From a virus: 64,000 bases of DNA. The notes beneath the pieces are model-generated. The model saw only the letters and a program-made list of their open reading frames with translations, was not told where the DNA came from and did not search any database. The stretch covers positions 32,001 to 96,000 of the IMG/VR virus record IMGVR_UViG_3300036985_006248; one strand, 5' to 3'. Position 1 is the first letter of the stretch. The number at the start of each line of letters is the position of its first letter. Position numbers and translations under genes: made by a program. Shown in pieces: positions 43,011-53,222 of the stretch.

Positions 43011-45516
43011 TTACGCCTCCTGAATCTTGGTGACAGTGAGATTGAACTTCGGGAGCGCCGAGGCAATGTCCTTGGCGTGAATCTTCGACATGGCCCAGAT
43101 GCGGAACGGTTCACCTTCGTCGTCCACAGCATCGACGCAGTGCGTTGCAGTGCGGCACTCAATTTCGAGGAACGCGGTGAGCAGCGGGTCACGGGTGAGC
43201 ATCTTCTTCGTGGAATTCGTCGCGTTGGTGTCGTTCATGTGAAGTAGTATCTCATGGCAGAGGGTTTACGGCAACAACTATTTCGATGAATGATTCTTAT
43301 TCCAGTTCGGCCAACAACGCCAGCAGCTTATCCATGAGAGCGCCATGCTCCCGATTGACACGCTCGCGATAATAGCGGTTCGCCATATCATGAAACTCGG
43401 GCGGGTTGTTATCAAGGTGTTCGATTGTCGCAGCCAGCATTTCCTTGCACTTTGTAAGCTGACTTTCCATCGTCGCAATATATGCGCCATCGGCCATCGA
43501 CATATTAGCTCTCCTGATTCGAGGTGGACTTGTTCGCGCGGCGGTTCATGCGGGTGATTTCGCGCTTGAGGAAACGGACGGTGGAAGCCTTCACCACGAG
43601 CCACTTGCGGTCAGACTTGAGATAACCGCGCATCGTCTTCGCTCTGCTCGTCGTATCCATGAGACACATAATACACCCGCTCAGTCCCTACGTCTACATC
43701 TTTCAGCATGAAAGAATCTGATACTTGCCCCACCCCGCCAGTAGATTCTTTCACTGGATATTAGTTTTCGGGTGTGATATAATGGTGCCAGCCGCGCGAA
43801 AGCGCGGCTGGGTAGCCACTGTTATTAGCTGGTACCCACGCGCATTTATTAGCGGGTCAAATCTTCCACATAAGCGGTCTTGGCCTTTGTCTCAGCGAGC
43901 AGCTTTTCCACCTGAGCGGTAATCTTTTCGAGGTTGCCCTTCATACCGTATTGCTTACGGGCAATTGTCGTCGCCTGTGGAATTTTGCTTGACATTCGCA
44001 TACCGTGCGCCTGCATTTTCAGACCCTGCAACAGCGAGGCGAGACGATAAACCTCAATGCCGTTTCCGGTCATGATAACGCCACCATTACCAAAAGCTTC
44101 AATGGACATTTTTTTCTCCTGAATTTGTAAGAGGTTTTTACAGGTCGGCAATCATTTGGTCAAGCTCATCACAATCAAGCGTCTCGTCAGCATAAGAAAC
44201 ATCGTCTGGGGTCTTCGTTGCCCCACACATTTCCCACATGGCGTAACGAAAGTCGTTGTAGGGATTCCTACGGTTCCGAAACGACCTTGCGAGTCGGTAA
44301 AGACCCTCCTCGTTCTGAATATAGAGCGCGACGTTCCACGTTTCATAATTCGCCCATCCCTGATAAGTCGTGTCGTTCATGTGGCCTATTATACATGAGG
44401 GAGGTCTAGACGTCTACGCTTTTCTGTATGAAAGGTTTTACTAGTGGACCCACCGCCCATTAGAATAAAACAGTAGATATTCTTTTTTAGGTGTGATATA
44501 ATAGTGCCAGCCGCGCGAAAGCGCGGCTGGGTCACCCCAGACCACGCAAGACTTACCCGCTTCCTTCTGTACAGAGGGTGAAGATTAGCAAACCGAATAC
44601 GGGAAAAAACACAATCAAAAAGAGAACGTCCATATTCACACCTGCTCGAAAAGGTCAACAATCATATAGCTGAAAAAGAAAGTGGTGGCAGCGAAGATTG
44701 AATAGAAAATGATAGTTTCCATTATTAAATCACCCCCATGCGGACAAGAATCGACGGGCACCCATGCTCACAGTGACCGTCAGGTTCAACCTGACACCCA
44801 TCCTTGCAGAGTGCAGGCACAGCGTCATCGGTAGCCCATTGCTCAAGAGCGGTCATCATTTCGGAACCATTCTCGATACAATGTTCATTGCGGAATTCTT
44901 GAAGAGTTAAACTCATGTCAATACCCTTTCCATATTTCGAGTAATCAGCAGCTTCCCAATCAGCTTCAGTCACAACGTCTTTTTTTGCTACTTTGTGCGC
45001 CCCGGCACCCTTTCGGGCAATCGCTGCAATAGCGTTGCCGTTTCGGCGGCGGGGTGAAGGCATGCTGGCTTTGATGTTCTTTGGTCTGCTCACTGTTCGT
45101 CCCGTGAGAACATCGCGGCAATCTCGTGACGGTCTTCGTCGTCGCGACACGCCTTGCAAACCGGCGCGCCGAAGCCTTCGTGCTCAATCAGGAGGGTCGC
45201 GGGTTCGTCAATGCAGCGGGAGCAAATGCAGTCGTAAGCGGTGTCGTTCATGTGGGCTATTATCTCACGGGAATGACTTTACGTCTACATCTTTCAGCAT
45301 GAATGATTCTTATACTCTTCAGTAGTCTGATTCGATGCGCTCACCATCGGTGCTGTAATCCGAGTTTACAAAGATGTCGGGGCGGTACTTCGCCAAACGC
45401 ATCGCCTTGCACTTTCCGCACACTCGCGCGACGGGAATCCCGCGAGCGTCGTTCACCCAGTAACTGCCGTCAAACTTAGTGTGGCGCTTGCAATCCGTCT
45501 CGGTCGTGTCGTTCAT
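43011..45516 (-). CDS. Early-region small genes, several leaderless and starting MNDT (43011-43238, 43505-43660, 43849-44109, 44138-44380, 44725-45093, 45090-45251, 45319-45516)
   Basis: Several ORFs sit directly behind sigma70-like promoters. Confidence 0.6.
43742..43811 (+). promoter_or_regulatory. Repeated promoter + GCGAAAGC hairpin unit, copy 1
   Basis: TGATATAAT followed by CCAGCCGCGC-GAAA-GCGCGGCTGG. Confidence 0.7.
44491..44543 (+). promoter_or_regulatory. Repeated promoter + hairpin unit, copy 2
   Basis: Same hairpin, followed by GTCACCCCAGACC. Confidence 0.7.
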
Positions 45517-45597
45517 GTGAGGTAGTATCTCATGGCCATGCTGTTATGACCAGCTTTTTCTTCATGAAACGTTCTAACGTTCCCCCCGTCCACCTAG

Positions 45598-45680
45598 TAG
45601 ATTCTTTCACTGGATATTCTTTTGTGGACCTGATATAATAGTGCCAGCCGCGCGAAAGCGCGGCTGGGTCACCCCAGACC
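45598..45680 (+). promoter_or_regulatory. Repeated promoter + hairpin unit, copy 3
   Basis: Same hairpin, followed by GTCACCCCAGACC. Confidence 0.7.
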
Positions 45681-45949
45681 GCTCGTCACCATATCTTTTC
45701 TTATGTCACCCCATAGCGCAGCTTCAATGCCGCATCGTACATCTCAGAAAGAATATTAATACCTTCGTTGATTTGAATTTGTGTAGCTTCTGGATTCAAG
45801 GTGACATATGTTTTAATCAACGCGGAAATTTCTTTGATTTCGCTTTCACTCCATGGTCTATGAGGAACATTAATATAAACTTTTGATTCATTCATTTTAT
45901 TTGTTTTCCTTTGTTAGTCCCAAGTATCTCAGAGAGTGTTTTCAAGACG

Positions 45950-46615
45950 TCACGCGAAATAATCCTTCTGAGCGGGAGTCATTTTCTTGACGCCGTGATA
46001 AACCAGACCGATATTAACAACACCTTCGATTGCAGGCATATCGCTAACGTTTCCGTCTTCGTAGCCTGCGCTGATGCGGTCACTGTCAGTCGCAAAGATG
46101 CGCGCGTGAGATTGAGTCAGGTTAACCTTATCGTCAAACTTTCCACCAAGCGATTGCACGATGCGGAGATTTGCAGGTCGGTCAGTTTCAATGTCAAGGT
46201 GCAAACTCTTAGTGTAGGCATAAAAGGTTACATTAGGAGTGAAAAGGGCAATAGCCTTCCATGCGTTCAAGTAGTCTTGTGAGAAGAAATCGCCAGAGTC
46301 ATGGATACGGACAACATTATACCGCTTGCCAAGCTTCAAGAGGTCTTCAATTGCCATGCCAACGAAACCCATCGCCCCCACGGTGAGAAAGAGATTAAGA
46401 TTATGGTTTCGCGCATTGAAGACGCTTGCCATACCGTAACGACCTTGCTTAGCGTAGCAGACACCTCGGCAAGCGCCAGCACCGGGGCAAGTATTACCCA
46501 CCCCGTCAATCTTGAAGTCTGCCGGAATTCCGTAGCCCAGTACGCGCAGAGTTTCACCACCAGTCTTAACAAGCTTCGCGTTGCCTTCGGTCCATTTGAG
46601 GTTATAGGCGGTCAT
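45950..46615 (-). CDS. GP88-family (radical-SAM-like) phage protein
   Basis: GNAKL, TCPGAGAC...CYA, RIHDSGDF and YAYTK motifs. Confidence 0.75.
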   Translation of the reverse strand: MTAYNLKWTEGNAKLVKTGGETLRVLGYGIPADFKIDGVGNTCPGAGACRGVCYAKQGRYGMASVFNARNHNLNLFLTVGAMGFVGMAIEDLLKLGKRYNVVRIHDSGDFFSQDYLNAWKAIALFTPNVTFYAYTKSLHLDIETDRPANLRIVQSLGGKFDDKVNLTQSHARIFATDSDRISAGYEDGNVSDMPAIEGVVNIGLVYHGVKKMTPAQKDYFA

Positions 46616-48251
46616 GGTTTTTTCCTTTGGTGTGGGTCTGTTTGTTTCCCTATCGACTTCACACATACTACACCCTACACGCCCACAGGTCTAGCTTTTT
46701 TTGCATGAATGAATCTAATGTTGGGGCGGCTAGCATAAGAGCAGCTAATAGGTAAAGACTCTTGACAAAAGGATTCCGTTGACCTTTCTGTAAAGTCGTG
46801 CTACAATGACAGTCAAGGTCAGAGCCAGACAACGGCACCACAGTCACTGTGGAATAACACGCATGATGACGTTTGTACTGTATCGTGCTTAATATCATAT
46901 GTCAGATACTTCCATCTGTTAGCATATACGTTTTTAAATACATCAGTGATTAGTGTGAGTGATACCGCTATCGCTTCCTCTGACTCTCCCAAGCTGGAGT
47001 CATAACAAAGCCTCCCAATGTACTTCCGGTAGAAGGCTTCGTCTTGTTCGTCGCCGTCTTGTTCGTCACTCACAGGAAAGTAACTCCTTGCAACCAAAGG
47101 TCATCAGCTATGGTGTAATGGGTCGATCCATTTGTGAGCGAGTGATATATAAAATAAAATCTATGTTCCCCAAGAGTGGCACTCGGTTGCATACCGATAA
47201 TCATATACAAGGGCCACCGGGGTTGCCCAAGAACATCGATGAGGCGATGCTTATAAAACAGTTTGCCAATGTATTTCTTTAATACTTCTTGCATATGCCC
47301 TCATGTGTGCGCGCACGCCCACCCCTACCCTAGCACGGTAGTACCACAGTGTCAACAGGATTCCCAGCCCCCGAAGGGGGGAATATTACATATATAAACA
47401 ACAAAATACCGCCTTATATACTATAAGGCGGCTGGCTATACCTATATTAATAGAGTTACAGTTTTTCATGACCCCCCCCTCCCACACTGGAAGGGCGTTA
47501 CCTACTGTGCCCTCCTAGTACCTTAAGATTGGTACCGGCCAACCAATACGGTGCGGTAGTGAATGGGCTATTAGCTGGAAGAATAAGATATGCATCTACC
47601 TTGTATCTGCACTGCAACACTGTAGCAACATAGTCAATGCACTCATCTAGTCTGCTTAACGTTAGAATCTTAACGAGGTCACCTTTTTTAATTGCTCGCT
47701 TCCCTGACATAGCTTTATCTCTCCACGTCCAATTGGTACAGATTACGGAGGACTAATACAGCCAAGTCCTCTTCCAAGACAGTAGATGAGCATCATCAGG
47801 GGAAGTAAGAGCAGGCCATTACCGCCTGAACCTGTATCGCTTGTGCTAGCACCTAGGGGTCGAGTACAGAAGGGACAGATATAAGCACTAAACGGAATCG
47901 AGCTACCACACTTCAAGCAGGTTTTCAAAGCTTTCTCCTTCAGGGTTAGTTACATACTATTCTAGTTCTGCCCGAAAGTCAAGGTAGTTTTTTCGGTAAA
48001 CCATGATGCGGGTATTAAAGACGGTACCAATGCTTTCCACGGCGAGTGGCGGTGGACAGCCTGTAATCCAATGAACGTTGTGGCTGCCTTTGAAATCATA
48101 GGAGTTTGGTTGAATGACCATTCCAATATCTCCATAATGATTTCTGATAAGCATGCCAAGGGTGACTTGTTTGCCCGCTTCTTCATCAACAGTCGAAGTC
48201 TTATGCATAGAACCGATAGTAGCATGCCTCTGGCGGAAGTCAAGAAAAAAG

Positions 48252-48324
48252 CAGAGGCACTAGGGCTTGAACCTAGAACATCCAGATTCAAAGTCTGGCG
48301 CTCTACCAATTGAGCTATGCCTCT
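48252..48324 (-). tRNA. tRNA-Gln(UUG)
   Basis: Cloverleaf with anticodon arm CCAGA-CUUUGAA-UCUGG. Confidence 0.92.
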
Positions 48325-48331
48325 ATACTAC

Positions 48332-48452
48332 CGTAACATGGCGGGGAATTGAACCCTGCTATAAGGGCGTTACTCGGAATCTACTCGGAGCTTTGCACTC
48401 CAATTATCCACCCTCATTCACCAGACCTGTGATTCCCATACAGCATGTTACG
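48332..48452 (-). ncRNA. tRNA-like RNA with an expanded interior
   Basis: 9 bp terminal stem and a T-arm (GGG-UUCAAUU-CCC), but no standard anticodon arm. Confidence 0.5.
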
Positions 48453-48454
48453 TG

Positions 48455-48525
48455 AGCGATGCATCGGTTTCGAACCGATAATATCAACTTGGAAGGATGA
48501 TGTGTTACCGTTACACTAGCATCGC
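48455..48525 (-). tRNA. tRNA-Gly(UCC)
   Basis: Cloverleaf with U73. Confidence 0.88.
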
Positions 48526-48585
48526 CTATCTTTTGCGCCTATCGTCTTTTTTATGGCATCTGAGTTAATTCCGCATATACACTTG

Positions 48586-48665
48586 TGGGCAAGGTGGGAA
48601 TTGAACCCACAATGCTTGCGCGGCGCATTTTGAGTGCGCTAGATTTACCGTTTTCCTACTTGCCC
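48586..48665 (-). tRNA. tRNA-Leu(CAA)
   Basis: Cloverleaf with a variable arm. Confidence 0.88.
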
Positions 48666-48744
48666 ATGTTTCTTAATCGATTAATCCTTATATATATGAG
48701 GTGTTCCAGTTGTTCCATGGAAAGATGCTTAATTGTCATATTTG

Positions 48745-48818
48745 TAGCAGCGGCGGGATTCGAACCCGCACTGTAGAGATTTTAAGTCTCCTGCCTCCTG
48801 CCTTTGGGCTACGCTGCC
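48745..48818 (-). tRNA. tRNA-Leu(UAA), short variable loop
   Basis: Anticodon arm GGAGA-CUUAAAA-UCUCU. Confidence 0.88.
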
Positions 48819-48873
48819 TTCTCTGTCTCTACTCATTCTACACTGCTTTTGATTCTACGTCTACAACTATTTG

Positions 48874-48945
48874 TGCCCTCAGAGAGATTCGAACCCCCGA
48901 CCTACGGTTTACAAAACCGTTGCACTACCGCTGTGCTATAAGGGC
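48874..48945 (-). tRNA. tRNA-Thr(UGU)
   Basis: Cloverleaf. Confidence 0.9.
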
Positions 48946-49459
48946 GTACTGATTTCATCACAACAACTTCCTTGCATCATATTGACAGACGTAGTATTTA
49001 TCCACTTCTCCATTCCAATCATTCCCATCGGCAGTATAAAAAGCGTGCCGTCCGAGGCGGCTATTGTACCACCAAACAATAAAGCTGTTAGCCTTTCTTA
49101 TTGTTACTATCCCAAACCCCCAACGCTCATCATAAAGCAGCCTGCCGACGTATTGGTTATTTGCCATGTTTCCTTTAGGGTTTGGGCGTCCAACCAAATC
49201 ACCGACTGAGTGAACACTCTTTTTCATCTGTGTCCCTCGCAAGAAGATTCAAGATGTTTTCCTTGAACAATTCAATATTACTACAACGATAGTTCCTTAT
49301 GACTTGCCCATCGTTCCATTCTATAGTGTATACCCATATTCCACAGTCTTCCTTGACATCTGTGAGGATGCCCGTCTCGCCGTAGTGCGTCATCATCAGG
49401 TCGCCAACATAATGAATCGCCATAGACTCATCCTATCATCGATTGTAGCTACCGTCAAG

Positions 49460-49535
49460 CGCATCCGGCAGGGGTCGAACCTGCATGGGTCCAATTAGCT
49501 TTCTCTCGCTTAGAAGGCGAGCGGCATACGGATGC
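49460..49535 (-). tRNA. Atypical tRNA-Arg(UCU) lacking a D-arm
   Basis: Perfect acceptor, anticodon and T stems; a 7 nt linker replaces the D-arm; 20 nt variable region. Confidence 0.75.
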
Positions 49536-49541
49536 ATTTAG

Positions 49542-49612
49542 TGACCCTAAGCGGTATCGATCCGCTGTTCAAGCCTTGAAAGGGCTTTGTTCTACCATTA
49601 AACTATAGGGCC
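49542..49612 (-). tRNA. tRNA-Glu(UUC)
   Basis: Cloverleaf; T-loop AUCGAUA. Confidence 0.85.
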
Positions 49613-49808
49613 AATTCTCTTTTTCAGCTTTTGATAATCATTGATGTACAACTGCATGCTCCGCTGGGTCATATAAACAATTCTTCCGGTATTCCACTCT
49701 ATGTCCCAATCATCATGTTCGTAATCATTACTGTTGTTCCAATTGTGTTTTCTAATGACCATGCCAACTTTACCAGAGAATACATCAAACAACATTGTTC
49801 CAATCATA

Positions 49809-49880
49809 TGGGTTGTCTGGGAATCGAACCCAGTTCTATCGATTAAGAGCCGATTGCTTCACCACATAAGCTTACAACCC
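49809..49880 (-). tRNA. tRNA-Lys(CUU)
   Basis: Cloverleaf. Confidence 0.9.
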
Positions 49881-49899
49881 AAAACCGTATTGTCCATAA

Positions 49900-49986
49900 C
49901 GGAGTGAGGTGGATTTGAACCACCGATACTATTTCTAGTATGCAGATTTAGCAAACCTGTGCCTTAAGCCCCTCGGCCATCACTCC
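49900..49986 (-). tRNA. tRNA-Ser(GCU)
   Basis: Cloverleaf with a long variable arm and G73. Confidence 0.9.
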
Positions 49987-50074
49987 AACTAATGCAGTGC
50001 CGCTCTATCTTTTAAGCTACTCCCCCTTAGTCGTTTCTAATACCGTTCACATCTTCGGTTTATACTGCTAAAAA

Positions 50075-50151
50075 TGGTAGGGGATGTGGGATTCAAACCC
50101 ACGATCTTTCGCTCCCAAAGCGAACGCGATATCAGGCTTCGCTAATCCCCT
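50075..50151 (-). tRNA. tRNA-Pro(UGG)
   Basis: Cloverleaf with encoded CCA. Confidence 0.88.
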
Positions 50152-50171
50152 ATATTATCAAACACTTAATG

Positions 50172-50243
50172 CTCCCAAGGTAAGATTCGAACTTACATAT
50201 TCAAAGTTAACAGCTTTGTCCTTTACCGTTAAGGTACTTGGGA
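50172..50243 (-). tRNA. tRNA-Asn(GUU)
   Basis: Cloverleaf with G73. Confidence 0.9.
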
Positions 50244-50257
50244 ATACAACAACAAAA

Positions 50258-50406
50258 ATGACCTGAAAACTGGACTAGCATATCCTGCGATAACCTCGTC
50301 ACTCAAGCGCGCGGTGACCATGCGGTCGGGCGCTCTCAAGACAACAAGGTTCATGTATTCAGGACACCTTACCAGCTTTCTAAGGTGGGTGTGATCGGCA
50401 CCGCTT
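50258..50406 (-). ncRNA. Unknown structured RNA with a putative pseudoknot
   Basis: Nested stems and a 9 bp loop-to-tail complementarity. Confidence 0.5.
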
Positions 50407-50411
50407 ATTAG

Positions 50412-50498
50412 TGGGAGTGAAGGGAATCGAACCCCCTTATGCTTATTAGGCACGTCAGGTTTACAGCCTGATGTTCAGTCCAGTAGAACATCACTCCC
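50412..50498 (-). tRNA. tRNA-Tyr(GUA)
   Basis: Cloverleaf with a long variable arm. Confidence 0.88.
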
Positions 50499-50558
50499 AT
50501 TATAAGATGTTTTTTTAATCTATTCAGTTTTCAAGTTGTCAAAGAACAAGCTATACTG

Positions 50559-50631
50559 TGGAACCTGTGGGAATCGAACCCACAACCTACTGATTAAAAG
50601 TCAGTTGCTCTGCCAATTGAGCTAAGGATCC
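50559..50631 (-). tRNA. tRNA-Lys(UUU)
   Basis: Cloverleaf. Confidence 0.92.
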
Positions 50632-50640
50632 ATACAACAT

Positions 50641-50714
50641 TTGCAGGGGTGGGATTTGAACCCACAACGGGGAGATTATGAGCCTCCTGAACTACCGGAT
50701 TGTTCTACCCTGCG
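50641..50714 (-). tRNA. tRNA-Met(CAU), initiator-like
   Basis: CAU anticodon and a C1xA72 mismatch. Confidence 0.85.
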
Positions 50715-50728
50715 TTAATATTTAATTA

Positions 50729-50814
50729 TCGGCTCGCTAGGGATCGAACCTAGTCTGGACCCCAATCTAGGGTAAGGAAATTATAAGTCTCCCCCGCGTC
50801 CAACGCCCGAGCCG
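50729..50814 (-). tRNA. Atypical tRNA-Ile(UAU)
   Basis: Acceptor CGGCUCG/CGAGCCG, loop CUUAUAA, mini D-hairpin and a long variable arm. Confidence 0.7.
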
Positions 50815-51043
50815 TTTTGTTTCTTGCTACTCACTGCTTCTTCATCAATACTACACCCGTTTCGCTTCTACGTCTACCACTTTCTTCACTTTCTTTTTCT
50901 ATTCTTTTGTGTAAAGCAACTGTACAGGCGGCTAGTATAGCACCAATATCTAGTGTTGTCTACTTCTTTTTTGATATTTTTTTTTATACCCGCTCTAAAC
51001 GGCAGCACGGTGCTGCCGGGTCATGCAACTAAAAAGGCGGCGC

Positions 51044-51682
51044 TTAGCCGGTCGTCGCCAGCTTGTTAACGATGCTGTCACGATAAAACAGCAACTCACT
51101 TTCAGCAACATTCTGAAGCTCTGCTTCTCCAACAATGTTGATTGTGTAACACCTGCTGCCCTTTGCCCAACTAGCGGGCATGCCTACTTCAACAACAGTT
51201 GACAGGAAGTAACAACCATGTTTCTTGTATACAACAAGCTGTCCCCTCTTATACTTAGCAGCAACCTTATGCTGATTGATATATTTTACTGCATACTTGT
51301 TTTCACACACAGACTTATATTCAGCCTCTGTGGGAATATATTTGGGATCCTTCGCTTTCCTAATGGCATAGCCATAATAAGGAGTAGTTGAATAATACTC
51401 GGTAAGAGTCTTCCAATTGGTAGCAAGCTCATGATTCCAAGCAGCCAACCAACTATCACGCGCAGCAATTGCGGCACCATCATATCGCTGCTCGACCTTG
51501 AGCATGGTATCATATTGCCCTTTGGTCAAGCTCTTATACTTCTGGAATCCTTCTTTGATAGAGGTGAGAAAGTTCTTTTCCCAATCGTTGATAAGACCAT
51601 TACTAAGCAGAATATCAATGCGTGCCGGAATGGTTGCGTCTGCCACCTTTTCTACTGGGGTGTTATAGCGGTGGACGTTCAT
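51044..51682 (-). CDS. Hypothetical protein with a C-terminal SH3-like domain
   Basis: KYKRGQLVVY...YTINIVG. Confidence 0.5.
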   Translation of the reverse strand: MNVHRYNTPVEKVADATIPARIDILLSNGLINDWEKNFLTSIKEGFQKYKSLTKGQYDTMLKVEQRYDGAAIAARDSWLAAWNHELATNWKTLTEYYSTTPYYGYAIRKAKDPKYIPTEAEYKSVCENKYAVKYINQHKVAAKYKRGQLVVYKKHGCYFLSTVVEVGMPASWAKGSRCYTINIVGEAELQNVAESELLFYRDSIVNKLATTG

Positions 51683-52250
51683 GCAGTTCATTCTCCATGT
51701 CGAGGTCATACACTGATACTAGCAGGGAAGTCGTTAGTCGTCAACAACTATTTGGGTACAGACTTAATATACTCGGTGGCTGGTATCCAACGCCCCTGAC
51801 GTATAAGAGTCAATATTCTGGTACCAGTCATTTGCCGACTTGTTTTACTAGTGAGTCGTTGATTACAATATTCTACGTCCATCATCCAAGATTTGCCAGT
51901 TCTCCATAAACTAGTTATATATACTAAGTCGTTTCTTCTCACCGACCAGAACAAGCAACCAATATACTTTCTATACTTTTTCTCGGTTGGAGTCATTGGG
52001 GTTGTCTTGGAATTCGTCTGTATGCCAAATCTGTTTCATCGCTGTATCTGGGGCACACTCAAAACAGAAAATCGTTTCATGCAACTCATCGATTGGAACA
52101 AAGACAAAATCATCTTCAAGACCTGCCTTGTCACAATTGCTGCACCTCCACAAACTCATATTGTTTTCCTTGTAAGTGTTGCCGAAACTAAAGACAGAAG
52201 CGGGTGTCAGTTGGGAGCAGCCCGCTTCTGTCACTATCGCTGCTCCATCA

Positions 52251-52580
52251 TCAGGCAACGGAACTAACAGCCTGCTCCGCTGACTCGATTTGTTCAGCAG
52301 CGCCAACCTCAACTGCCGCCTTCGCCTTCTTCGCCGCGTGCTCAGACCGCTTCAAGACGATATCCGAACCCGGCAGGGCAAGACCACCGTTGCGCCCGCG
52401 AAGGCCAAGCAACACACCCGACCCCTTCAACTCGTCAACCACATCAAGCACATCAATGCCGAACTTCTCGGTGAGGAAATGCGACGGGCAGGGACGCTTG
52501 TTATCAGCAACGAAGACAGAAACCGCAGCGAGAACGTCCGACTTGGAAACGGCAACAACAGTGTTAGTAGCGGTAGTCAT
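52251..52580 (-). CDS. Small winged-helix-like protein
   Basis: ELKGSGVLLGLRGRNGG resembles an Rrf2-type wing. Confidence 0.45.
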   Translation of the reverse strand: MTTATNTVVAVSKSDVLAAVSVFVADNKRPCPSHFLTEKFGIDVLDVVDELKGSGVLLGLRGRNGGLALPGSDIVLKRSEHAAKKAKAAVEVGAAEQIESAEQAVSSVA

Positions 52581-53222
52581 ATTGTTTGTGTCCTTAGATG
52601 GAGTGAACAGCGTTTGGTTGGGGGTTGAACTTCCTACTTCGCCTCGACTTCTGATATCCATACTATTCTACTTTCTGCCTTACGTCAACATCTTTTTTTC
52701 TATTCCGGCTCTTTTCCACTAAGGTCAACGGGTCTATGCAAAAAGCCTTGACATGGTATATTCTTGGTGCCTTCGCTGCTCCATCCGGTACAACGCATAC
52801 GCACTTTTTCTCTATCTGCACAAACAAGCATCAAGCGATAACGATAAATTCTGCCACCGCGATAGATACCAGTAATCATTGAAATGGCATATTCTGGAAC
52901 ATACCGTTCTAATGTATTATCCCAAACAGCATATTTATGCCAATGCAACATGCCCACTCGCTTACCATATTCCCTCGCTGTGGCTGAAGTCTTTGTCTTT
53001 TTGTCTTTCGCGTCCATGAAAACCATATTACCACAACGATGGGTTAAGTCGAATGATTCTTTCTTATGCCCTTCTGCCCCACTATTAGTTCTTTTCACTT
53101 GACCCGGCAGCTGGATATGATATAATAGGGGATTTGTCTTCCACGTATCATATCCAGCCGCCGCAGATCATACATATATCAGGAAGGGCGTCTATCATTA
53201 CCGCCCTTCCAACCTATACTAT

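Noticed and set aside
49990-50070. Additional tRNA
   Set aside because: Only a D-arm-like fragment is present, with no T-arm or anticodon arm.
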